Shown piece after piece: positions 52,151 through 63,097 of a stretch of 64,000 nucleotides of DNA; the first letter of the stretch is position 1; each line of letters begins with the position of its first letter. Origin of the DNA: Camelus ferus (Eukaryota); NCBI RefSeq assembly GCF_009834535.1, contig NC_045696.1:118236001-118300000 (forward strand), in the 5' to 3' direction. A model generated the notes under the pieces. That model was not told the DNA's origin and searched no databases. It saw only the letters and a program-made list of their open reading frames with translations. A program made the position numbers and the translations under genes.

Positions 52151-54989
52151 TTTAACAGATACGTTACTACTTCAAAATGTGTTTTTTAAAGATGCAGCAG
52201 TGTTATATATAACAGTGTTATATTTTTGAAGAAAACAAATCTATGTTAAGCTAAAAAAAACCCCACAAAACTTAATTTAAAAACTGTGTTTTTTAACAAA
52301 CAGTATATAAGACTACTTCAGAGTTTCTTACATTTAAGTTATAATATGTTTTAAAAACTGCTTGATGCATAAATTGAAGACAGTATTGAAGATTGTCCTC
52401 ACTTACCTGAAGTAAATTTACATTTAGTGATTCATTAAAAAGTAACTTTTACATATCTGGAAAAACATATTTTTAAAAGAGTTTTGGTTTACTGTCAGTG
52501 AGTACTTGGACAGTCTTTAAATGTGGGAATTATTTGAGATACTACATATGTAGTTGTTTAAAAATTTATGATTTTTTTTCTTTTGGTATCCACCATAATG
52601 TTTTTAATTAAAACTCTTTTTAGGTTTTTCGTTTACTCAGTATCATTGGTTTATATTCTGTTAATCATTTCAAAATCTAAAATGAAGCAGTAACTGAGAC
52701 ATAGAGCATTGGTATTTTTGTGTGTGTTTTTAAAAACATTCTATACTCCTCCCCCCCATTTTTTTTTTTAACACTCTCTTAACTTAAAACTACTAAACAG
52801 ATTTTTATTTTAATCTTTGGAACAAAAAATGTTCTCTTGGGTTGATACCAGTACTTTCTATGCCAAGTTACAGACCGGAATCTATTTTTATAGGCCAAGA
52901 TACAAACCCCTGAAAACCAGAGTTTATAATGGAAACATTGACAGGCCCTTAACTATCACAGCACACATGGCACTGCTGAAATCATAAGGTACAAGGCACA
53001 AGATTTCACATGCAGGGTGCACGTCGAATTTTTCAGAATTGTATTGTCAAACGCCTTTCGAGGAGATGTAGTGAGCGTCACGTGCAAATGCAACTGTGCT
53101 TGGGGCCAGAAAAGCACAGTGTATGGGCCGGTTCCTGCCCTCTGAACGCTTGTCCCGGGGCACACAGACACTGAGGAGCGCTTGAATAAACCTGTTGGGG
53201 GATGACCTTGTGAATGGATTGAGTTGGAGAGAAATATGTGAACCTCCTAATCTCTAGGTTTAATTTGTTGCTCAACCCTGAAAATCCTGCAGGTTTTGGC
53301 ATACAGGTCACTACACATGTTTCTGGTATTGTTACAAAGCAGGTGAAACTAATCAATTACATCTTCAGTTTAATAATCTCACTGAAGAAAGTTTATAAAC
53401 ATTATGTTGTTACACAGTCAAGCAAGTTTGCTGCTGAGTAGATGAATTGGAAACTTACTTCTTTGAGGGATCCTATCTAGGTTAAAAAAAAAAAAAGAAA
53501 TAGCCTTCTTCAAAGACCACATTTGATTACTCAACTTTATTTGATTAAAGAAATCATTAAAACAACCACTATGGGTTTTTTTAATTACTATGCTCCATTT
53601 TAGTTATATTTTAGGTTAAATGGGGCTAGTTCTCCTACCATTAGTTAACGATTGCCTTCAGTTAACACTGAATGATTGATCTTACAGTTTATTAATTACT
53701 TTAAAGGGAAACAGGAACTCGGAGCATGTCAGATGCCTATATAGGAAAACAGTGAAAATGGTTTGAGATTTGTAGTTAATTTGAATGTTCATGAAGGGTC
53801 ACATTCTCACGCTTGTAACACCTACATTGTCTACTCTCTTTCTTACTTTTCTTTATCCTGTTAAATGCGGGGGAGACGTCGAGGTGTTATGTCAGATATG
53901 CTATCTCAGAAGCATTGTGAAGTGTTAGAGAAAACCGGTGTCTCGTGGGAAGATAATGAAGTGATAATTTGTTGCTACAGGTTTTGCAAGTACTGTCAGA
54001 AGGGAGAGGTAAAAGGAAGATGTTAATTTGAACCTGAATCAGATTTTGTGTCCTAGTTACATTTTCCTTATCCATTGACCTATATCCATATACATGTAAA
54101 TAAGCTTTAGCTAGGAGACATGATTTTATCCTAAGAGGTATCTTTTAGGCATCAGGCTGGTTTTCTATGAATTAAGAGAATATGGACATTTTTGAGTAGT
54201 TGAAGATTTTTGGATCAGTCATTAAATTTCTTCACCTTATATGTTAGAAATAATGTTCTTTTCCATCTTTCCTGATGGAAAATATCTGAAGTAAGCTATT
54301 CAATGCTGTGCAGTTGTACTAATTCTAGAATAGAATTGACATCTTTTGCTTTCTTGGTCTGTTTCTTTAGGGAGGAAAGTCTGTATACTAACTCTGTCTA
54401 CTTCCCCTTGCCATTGCTGTAGAAAACTTCACCATGGGTTTCAGGAACTACAGTGTTGATCTTGGTTATATAGCTAAAAGAAAGAATCATGTTTTAGACA
54501 TTCCATTTTATAAAGGCATTTCACTATGAGGTAAAATGAAGAGCGTGTGTGTGTACGCGCATGTGTATAGAGAGAGGGAGGGAAACAGACATACACTGAG
54601 CCCCTTGATTTACAGATTTATCTGCTTTATAAATTGTTATGGAAACAAAAGTACAATAGCAGAAACATAATACTACATGAAACCCAAATCCAGAACCGCT
54701 TGAGCTGACTACACTTTGTGTTTTGTGTTTGCATCCATAGCTGAAGGGCTGGTAATATTGAGGGCCTAGGGACATGTCAGACGAATCACAAACCCTCTTC
54801 TGTAGTGACTCTAGTACCATAGTGTATCTGGTCCAGTCCTACCACTAGTAATTTCTGAAAAAAAATAGTTTTTAGGAGGAGCAGTCTTTTTAATCAGTGA
54901 AAGAAGAAACTTAGATTTTGCTTTGTGCTCAGTGCTTTTCCTCATTTGAGAGATATACTGTGATCTTCTTGGAGAGTAGATACCATCTC

Positions 54990-55510
54990 ACAGGCCTGTA
55001 CAGAAGCCCCCAGTGGGTCTCTTTCCCTCTCGAAGCATAAACCAGAGTTCTGTCATGCCCAAGAGGACTGATGTGGCCTGGCCTCTCTCCCATCTCTCTC
55101 CGTTTCTCCAGTCACTCCATCTTTCTTTGATTCCCCCAAAACTCCCAGCTGTTCTCCATGTTAGAGTCTCTGCATTTCCTTTTCCCAGCATGCTCTTCCC
55201 CCCTCACTGTATTCAGATGTCGCCATCTCAGAGAGGCCTTCCAAGACTACACTGTGTCAGGTGAGCTCCCGGCTCCCAGATCAGCTCTCAGTCCCGCCTC
55301 ATCATTCTGTCTCCTTATCCTCTTTATGTTTTCCTCATAGCATATGTCACTAATGGGAACTATTTTTAATCCTTGGTTTATTATTCATCTTCACCTGGAA
55401 TGTACATTCTCTGAGGACAGAGACTTTCACTGTCTTGTTTGCCACTCGGTGATTTCTGGCCTCTGACACATGGGAGGCTGCCCCAGGTATTTATGCAATT
55501 GAATGTATGT
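54990..55510 (+). mobile_element. L2 3' portion
   Basis: TTCAGATGTCGCCATCTCAGAGAGGCCTTCC...GGAATGTACATTCTCTGAGGACAGAGACTTT..TGTCTTGTT. Confidence 0.8.
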
Positions 55511-55764
55511 CCCACCAGGCAGCCCCTGCTTTCTCCGGTTTCTTCTCGCTACCTTCTTTCCTTCCTACAGTAGACATATGGAGAAAACATTAATGAAATC
55601 TAACTGGAAAGTATAAGGTAGTGAACAGATCTGATGGGACACCCAGAGGATCTTTGGATCATCTGTGGAACTGTAAGGACCATCCTGTTTTTGATCTTGT
55701 CCTAGTAACCTAACTGTGTCAGTCTGTCCCCCGGAGCAGGGACTGTGTGATGGTGGTGTAATGA

Positions 55765-55978
55765 CAGTGATAGCGGACATTTATGGACTGCCTCCTACGA
55801 GTGTGTCAGGTGCTCTAAGTGGTTCAGGGATATTTGTTTCATCCTCACAAAACCTGTGAAATATGTATTTCCCGCTTTAACATGGAGGGAACTGAGACAC
55901 AGATTGTTTAACCAACTTGCCTTAGGTCAGATAGTAAAGGCACCTCCTCGGTTTGAGCCTAGAAAATGTGACCCTGTC
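55765..55978 (-). mobile_element. MIR SINE
   Basis: CATCCTCACAAAACCTGTGA...TTTAACATGGAGGGAACTGAGACACAGA...AACTTGCCTTAGGTCA...GGTTTGAGCCTAG. Confidence 0.8.
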
Positions 55979-56849
55979 CCTGGTGTCCACAAAGTTATAT
56001 CGGAGGTTTCCTTCTGTAGAAGTAGTGCCGCTAGGTGTTGGGAAGAAATGTGGTACTGGTGCCGTCAGCTGGGCTCTTCCCCTTTCATTCTCTTAGAAGA
56101 CGGAAACCCTCTGGTTTGCCTGCTTTTTTCTCATGAGATGTATAAATATGGGACTGACTTTAACACGATCCACTTTCTAAATTTATTCAATGCAGCAGTT
56201 TAAAACTGAATGAAAAGGAGGTGGGAAACATTTGAGAGAGAAGGGAACATTTGAGAAGTGGTTAGTGGGATCTGGGCTGATGGATATGTATTCATTTATT
56301 CAACAGTATTCACTGTCTATTCTTTGTCAGGCCATGAGAATAGAAGAGGTTTTTTTTTAAAAAGAAATGTTTGAGAGAGAGGAATGGGTTGGGATGGGTT
56401 TCCTTGACCACAGCTAGTTGCCCAAATAAATAGAGACAGGTAGAAAAAGACTGGATGTCTTCAGAGAATGAAAAGCGATAAAGAAGCTTAGAAAGATGGG
56501 TGTAGGAAATCCAAAAGGTATTCAGAACCTGTAGGTGTGTTTATACTGCAGTAGGTGGTAGGGAACCACAGACATTACCATATTTGATTAACTAAATGGA
56601 TTTTTCTGAACAGTAGAAAGCTTTATAAAGAAAAATAATATGAAATATAAACCAAAAGAATAGAATTTTATTAATAGCTCTGCTTCCTCATTGTATGAAC
56701 TTGAACAAGTCATTTTAAAATTTTTATGAGTAAATATTTGTTCAAGGATATATCCTCATGTTTTAATTTTTTTTAAAGCATACACAGGGCTTGAAACTGA
56801 AGAATCTCCCTTTCCTCATGAATGACAAGTTTATATTTATATATTTTTA

Positions 56850-57410
56850 TAAATTAGTGGGGTCATGCTGTATTTATTCTGCTCCTTGCTGATTTCAGTA
56901 TCCTTTTTATATTTTCTACATCAGTGAATTTATGTTTCTAATGCCTCTGTATTATTACATTTCTGGATTACCATAATTTATAAAATCAGTTCCTTATGGG
57001 TGGATATTTAGGTTGTTGACAGTTTTTGACTATTACAGTCAACCTCTTTCCGCAGAGATTTGGCTAGAGGGTAAGCCACTAGGATGAATTCCTAGCAGTA
57101 GAACTGCTGAATCAAAGGATACATGCGTTTGTAATTTTGATAGTTGTTGCCAGATTGCTTTTCAAAATTTTGCACTTCTATAATCAAGTTAATCAAAATC
57201 AAAGTGCTTGGTTCTCCACATCCTTATCAACACTAGGTATTATCCACCTTTTTTTCTTTTGCAAATTTGATGAGAAATTACATTTAACTGTTTTAGTTGA
57301 CATTTCTTTAATTATGAGTGAGGTCGCACATTATTTCATGTTATACACACATGCGCACACACATTCGCGTATATTTGTAACATTTCATCTTGCTCTGAAC
57401 TACCTGATGT
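56850..57410 (-). mobile_element. Old L1ME-like fragment
   Basis: GGATATTTAGGTTGTTGACAGTTTTTGACTATTAC, GAACTGCTGAATCAAAGG, TTGCCAGATTGCTTTTCAAAA, CATTTCTTTAATTATGAGTGAGGT. Confidence 0.75.
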
Positions 57411-57529
57411 TCTCCTTTATTCATTCATTTACCTCGTCTAGTTTTATGTGTCTCATATGCTTTTTAAAAAGAAGACTGATACCCTTCTTACCCACTAGAT
57501 GGTTGGGGTGATCACATAAGGTAGTATTT

Positions 57530-57766
57530 GTTGGTGTTTGTCAATCCTTTTTTTCATCATTGCTCCCCTAAAAACCTTTAAAAAAAAAACCCTCAATCAA
57601 CTCTCTTCCCCAATGACATTTGATACCACAGATATACTGTGTATCTGTTCATGTCCTGTGGCCTGTTGGAGGGCCATAAACCATTGTAATATCTAAGGTT
57701 CCCCCCGCCTCAACAACCAATTTTTGTCCACTCAGGGACACTATCACTCCCATTGAGAATGCATGA
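57530..57766. mobile_element. hAT-Charlie-type MER element
   Basis: CCACAGATATACTGTGTATCTGTT..TGTGGCC..TGGAGGGCCATAAACCATTGTAATATCTAAG...CCCATTGAGAATGCATG; subfamily not resolved. Confidence 0.65.
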
Positions 57767-58311
57767 TATATGTGACAGTTCTTTTAAAGTGCAAGCTGCT
57801 GTTGAAGTGTAAAAAGCTTTGTTAATAATTTGCATTTCATGGGAAATAATATTGTGTCTGTTTTGCAGCTGCCTTTTTCTCATTGCAGGGTTCCCTTTTG
57901 CAGACATAGGCACTTACTACTTTGTTGTTCATTTTGCTGCCTTTGGGACAATCTTTGTTGAGTCAACCTCTGATCAGCAGCCCTCTCTGTCCACTTGTGC
58001 CGGTCAAAATGTTACTCTTCCTTCAGAGCCTGTCCTGGAGAAGTTCCCCTTCTCCATGAAGTCTCTTTAGTTCCTTGTAATTATCCCTTGACCTCTTAGA
58101 GCTGGAGCTCTTCCAGTACATCTCCTTTGCTGTGACATTCTGTCCTTCATGATGTGGTCTGTATATTTTCCGAATTCTACCTCTTGGCAGATGGTTAGTG
58201 TCAGGATAGCAAGGATGTTGCCTCTTCATTCTTTCTTCCCTCGTGTTCCTGTCCCAGTGCCATTGTACACAGTAGGAAGCCAGGACAATGTCTTACAGTG
58301 ACTTTCTAAAT

Positions 58312-58500
58312 AAATCTGAATTCATGTCCCAGCCACTCAGTGGGACCTTGGGCCGAGATCCTGTACCTGCGAGCCTCAATATCCACTTGTACCAAACAGG
58401 GACAATGATGCCACCTTTTATAGAACTGCTGACCAGATTGGTGTGAAAACATAAAGCGCAGTGCCTGGTGTTCAGTAAGCATTCAGTTAAATATTAGTAA
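58312..58500 (+). mobile_element. MIR SINE
   Basis: GACCTTGGGC...GAGCCTCAATATCCACTTGTACCAAACAGGGACAATGATGCCACCT...GCAGTGCCTGG...AGTAAGCATTCAG. Confidence 0.7.
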
Positions 58501-58896
58501 TCATCAATACTGCGGACATTTTTTAGCACAGAGAAAGACATTGAACAGATTATTATCATACTAATTTCTATTTCTTTCTTGTTCAGGAACATAACCTATT
58601 GTTCATTGTACCATACTTACAGAGGGAAGATTTGATTTTCTTTAAATCAGTGTTTCTCAGAATGCATCCTGCAATATAATTCATCATAAGGGGACCATTT
58701 AAAGTGTACGTGAATAATAATTTAATGTGTATTGTACTTTTGTTTCTCAGTACTGTATCAGAATTATTATATAGCCATGATTATTTTTTTGAAAAATGGT
58801 ATGAATCATTAAGCAAAAGACAGTTCAGTAGAAGATTGGGCAAAACATTGAGCTGGCAGCACTCAGAGCAGGAGACCCAAATGGCCAGTAAACAGA

Positions 58897-59355
58897 TGTG
58901 AATGTTATTATTTGTCAACTTGACTGGGCCATGGGGTGCCTAGGTATTTGCTCAGACATTGTTGTTGGTGCTTCTGTGAGGGTGTTTGGGTGAAATTAAT
59001 ATTTCAATGGACAGAAAGCAGATTGGCCTCCATAATGTGGGTAGGCCTCATCTAAGTACTTGAAGGCCTGACTAGAACAAAAGGCTGACCTCCCCCGCCC
59101 CCACCACCACACCAAGCAAGAGGAATTCTACACTGCAGTGACTTGGTCTTCATATACGACATCATCTCTTTCAGCCTGCTGGCCTGCAAACCAGAGCACG
59201 GGCTCTTCCTGAATTCCCAGGCTGCTTGTCCATGTTGATGATTGGACTTCCTGGTTTTCATAATCATGGGAGCAATTTCTTTATAATAAATCTCTTTCTA
59301 TGTATATATATATCTCCTATTGGTTCTGTTTCTTTGGAGAACCCTGACTAATTTA
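58897..59355 (+). mobile_element. ERVL solo LTR (MLT2B-like) with 5-bp TSD ACAGA
   Basis: TGTCAACTTGACTGGGCCATGGGGTGCC...CTCCTATTGGTTCTGTTTCTTTGGAGAACCCTGACTAAT. ACAGA at 58892-58896 and 59356-59360. Confidence 0.9.
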
Positions 59356-59561
59356 ACAGATGAAAAGATTTTCAATCAAGTAGTCAAGGATATCCTAATT
59401 AAAACCACAATGAGATACTATTTCATACCATTCAGACTGGGGAAAAATAAATCTCTTGATGCTAAGAAACAGGGACTCTCCCGTATCAACACAGAAATTG
59501 GTATAGGGTGTTTGGGTAAGAGTTTGACAATGTTTTATTAGAGTTAAGGATGGACAAAGGA

Positions 59562-60081
59562 GTTTGCCGTTTGCGGCCCTTCATTCACTTTTTTTTTTTT
59601 TTTTTTCACTTCAAAAACCAGAATTTTATAACTGGCAGAGACATTTCCATTACATCAAAAACAACAAAATACCCAGAAATAAACTTAACCATGGAAGTTA
59701 CTTATACTCTGAAACCAAAATGACATAAAGAAATGGAAAGATTTCTTGTGCTCTTGGATTGGAAGAATCAACACCATCAAAATGGCCACACCACCCAAAG
59801 CAATCCACAGATCCAACGCAACCCCTATCAAATTACTCGCGACATTCCTCACAGAACTAGAACAAACATTTCCAAAATTTATAAGGAATCACAAAAGACC
59901 CCGAACAGCCAAAGCATCTTTCGTAGGTCTCCCTTTTTTTTCTCTCTCTCTTTCTTCTTTTTGTTCTCTTTTCTTATGGTTTGATGACTAGAGAAGGTCC
60001 TTTAACATTTGTTGTAAAGCTGGTTTGGTGGTGCTGAGTTCTTTTAGCTTTTGTGTATCTGTGAAGCTTTTGATTTCTCCA
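59562..60081. mobile_element. Composite L1-derived insertion: 27-nt unique sequence + T18 + T>C-hypermutated ORF2 fragment (+) + inter-ORF/ORF1 C-terminus (-), flanked by a TSD
   Basis: TSD AA(G/A)GATGGACAAAGGA at 59546-59561 and 60082-60097. ORF2-like [27 protein letters not shown] on +. GEIKSFTDTQKLKELSTTKPALQQMLKDLL* (L1 ORF1p C-terminus) on - at 60080-59988. Confidence 0.88.
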
Positions 60082-62705
60082 AAAGATGGACAAAGGATTT
60101 CATCCAGCAATTTCACTTTTAAAATTTTACTTAAACTTTTTTAAATATTGTAAAATTACTAGATTAGTCATGAAAATAAGAGTACATTAAATGTTAAAGT
60201 ATATCTAAAAATTCAATGTTGTTTTAACATGCTTCTAATGAAGATTGTTTCACGATCCATTTTTATAATTGTCCTAATTATTTTTGAAATGAGATGGTTT
60301 AAAGAAATATATCAAGAATTTCAGTCACCATGTCCAATATTAAATTCTAGTAGTAAAATTTTCATACTTTTTTTGTTTTTGGTGCTAAGGCGCTTCTGTA
60401 AATAAATCACTAGACTGATTCTATAAAGATGTATGTGCTATATATAAATAATCCATATTATATTTGAAAGCAAAGTATTAGTTTCTCAAATATGAGGAAG
60501 ACAATACATCATACAGGTGTATTTTTATAACTAAATCATGTAAGTTTAGTGTTTGACCACTTATATTCGGTTATCACTGTTAAATAAGTAGTATGACCTT
60601 TCTCAAAAATTTGGTAAAAACTTAGAGCTTTACAGTACTTGGGCAGAGTCCTCCTACTATATTAAAAATAACTGACCATCTTAATCTTTTTCTTGATTTT
60701 GTAGGATTTAAAATTCTAGCAATTTGAAATATATAGTTATAATTTTTAAAGTTATGGCATAAAAACATTCCTTTGCAAAGAAAGACTTCGTAAAAATGTA
60801 CTTATATAAAAATGAATGAGTATATTTGGACTTGTGGCGGGGGAAATTGTCTGATTTTGAAAGCCTCCATTTTTTCAGGAAAAAGTTTATAATAATGACA
60901 CTTGAAGTGGTTGATCCTATTTATTCCCATTATAAATTAGGACCAAATTTCCAGACCTTAAACAGTTTTCAGAGCCTTCAAATATCTATCTCGCTCAGTG
61001 TGTAAATAACACATTGTAGTTCCAAATGACTGTGTCATTGTTTTACAAGGAGGAAGGCATGACGTGAAGTTTGTCATCTACTTTTAAATTGTTTACTGAA
61101 ATTTAGGAATAAATTATCAGAGTTTAAAAAATTATGCAATGATTTCATTTAAATCAGTATGGCAAGAATTATACGTCTAATTTAATGTACTTTTAAACAT
61201 TTGATTGTGGTATTCGACGAAATTTTGGAGATAATATGCTACTACCTTCTGCGTAAAGTGTATACACGGGAAGAAGAGGCATCTGTTTCTGCTAGTGAAA
61301 CTCTCTGGTGATTGGGGTCGGGTTTGTGTAGCTCCTCTGTAGTCCCTGGGTACCTCTTGCTATCTGTGTGTTTATTCAGTTTTGTTCATTGTGCCCTTTC
61401 ATGAACCCTGTCAGGCCTTCATTTGCTCTACATTGAGTTCATGGGGTTATTTTGTTTTTTAGTATGCACTGATGTCTTGAACAGTTTTTCAATAACAGCC
61501 ATAGTGTTTCATAACATCAAGATATTCTGTGAGTGCTGTGTATTTTCTTCTGTCTTTTATACATAGAGCTTTCTTCTTTATCCATCTTTCATTGTGTCAG
61601 TACTTTAAACTTTCTCTCTCATAAAAATGAAACCTAAATACTTTAATTCTCATTTTGAGAGCCTATAGTGTTTACATTTTAAGGTATGCATATATATCAG
61701 TTTTTTTACATGGACATCTAAATGGTTTTGGCGTTAGAAAACATACATAAGTTATATGCACACACATCTTTTGGGCAGAGGTGGAGCAATTACAACCAAC
61801 ATGGATACCAAAGATTCCGAGAAAAACCCTCAGGTCATATTCATTATTTTATGCTAAGTTTTAATATCTTAAACAATTGCCATTTTCTGTTAATCAACCA
61901 TATATGTATATTTATATGTCATCAAGTTGGGGAATTGGAGTTTTTCTTTTCTCTATTATAATTGAAACATTTTTACATTTATATTGAGACTTGGAAGCTT
62001 CTGCCACATGAGCAAAGCTGGTTCCTTTTGAAGTCACTAATCAATTACATTGACAGTTTCATATGGAGTATAATATGTCTTCACATTATGCATTATTGAG
62101 TAATTTTTTAAATTTGTTACACTAAGAGCTTAACATACCTTAGATTCTTGTGCATTATCAGTCATAGTTATTAACATTTTATTTACAGTACACACGTGAA
62201 AATGTTATATAATTTAATAAGAGTGGCCTCAACAAATGAACAAAGTTCAATTTTCCTTGTTTTTTTTTTTTTTTTTTTCGAAATACACCTCCCCTCAGGG
62301 GTAAAAGATGATAGCCTCAGTTTACGAACAATCGTGTACTTTATTTCCACTCAGCAGGGTCCTTGGTGGCTTTTGGATTTTTGTCAGGATGTTTCATTTT
62401 TCTGCCATTTGGTAGCTGATGATTTCCAGTAGGAAGATTGTTCATTTGTTTATTACTGTACTTCTTTGCAGCTCCTTTTTAAAGGATAATTGAAAAATCA
62501 CTTCTGGCGGGGCTAGGTCTGTCCGTTTGTGTAGTGTATTTTGGTCTTCCCCATCAGAAATCAGATAACAGCTCTGGAAGAGCAACTCTTTCCTGCCTTT
62601 TGAGAAATCACCCTTTAAGAGTTTTGGTCTCGTTTAATCCTGGAGCTCCTACAGTGGACACACCACATATTTTCCCATAAATACCCATCTTCATTTATCT
62701 ACTGG

Positions 62706-62848
62706 TAGGGTTGTCAGATACAATACAGGATACACAATTCAATTTGAATTTCAGATGAATAATGAATACTTTTTAGTATAAATATATTCCAGATATTACT
62801 TTTGTTGTATTTCTGAAATTTTAAATTAACTGGGCATCTGTATTTTTA
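62706..62848. mobile_element. MER53-like palindromic hAT MITE, right terminus lost
   Basis: TAGGGTTGTCAGATACAATACAGGA...ATTTGAATTTCAGAT...TCTGAAATTTTAAATTAACTGGGCATCTGTATTTT, with internal inverted symmetry. Confidence 0.8.
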
Positions 62849-62908
62849 TTTTATTTTATTTTATTTTATTTTATTTTATTTTATTTTATTTTATTTTATT
62901 TTATTTTA
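62844..62908 (+). repeat. (TTTTA)n pentanucleotide microsatellite, ~13 units
   Basis: Direct reading. Confidence 0.95.
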
Positions 62909-62989
62909 ATGAATTATTTCAATTAATTAATGAATTAATACTAATACGATACTGATACTAATACCTATTTCCTGGGCTTTTTTTCTCAC

Positions 62990-63097
62990 TAAACTTTGAG
63001 CCCCTTGAATGAAGGGGGTGATCATACCGTGATTAATCTGTACCTAGTTTCCGTGTCCCCATGCCTGTCTCGTGATTGTTACTGACTGAAAGAATGA
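62990..63097 (+). mobile_element. L2 tail remnant
   Basis: ACTTTGAGCCCCTTGAATG...ATGCCTG...TTGTTACTGACTGAAAGAATGA. Confidence 0.45.

Larger units (their letters stand above)
58825..60125 (+). mobile_element. Old L1M ORF2-end fragment, host of an MLT2 LTR and of the 59562-60081 insertion
   Basis: Removing the inserts restores CAAATGGCCAGTAAACAGATGAAAAGAT..TCAA, AATTAAAACCACAATGAGATAC and ...GGATTTCATCCAGCAATTTCACTT in L1 order. Confidence 0.7.

Noticed and set aside
59641..59918. APOBEC3 editing or CpG decay as the cause of the hypermutation
   Set aside because: Both give C>T/G>A. The observed direction relative to conserved ORF2 codons is T>C.
59733..59991. 81-83 aa ORFs as a novel gene
   Set aside because: They are a mutated L1 ORF2 fragment running into antisense L1 spacer. 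They are informative as a mutation record, not as a CDS.
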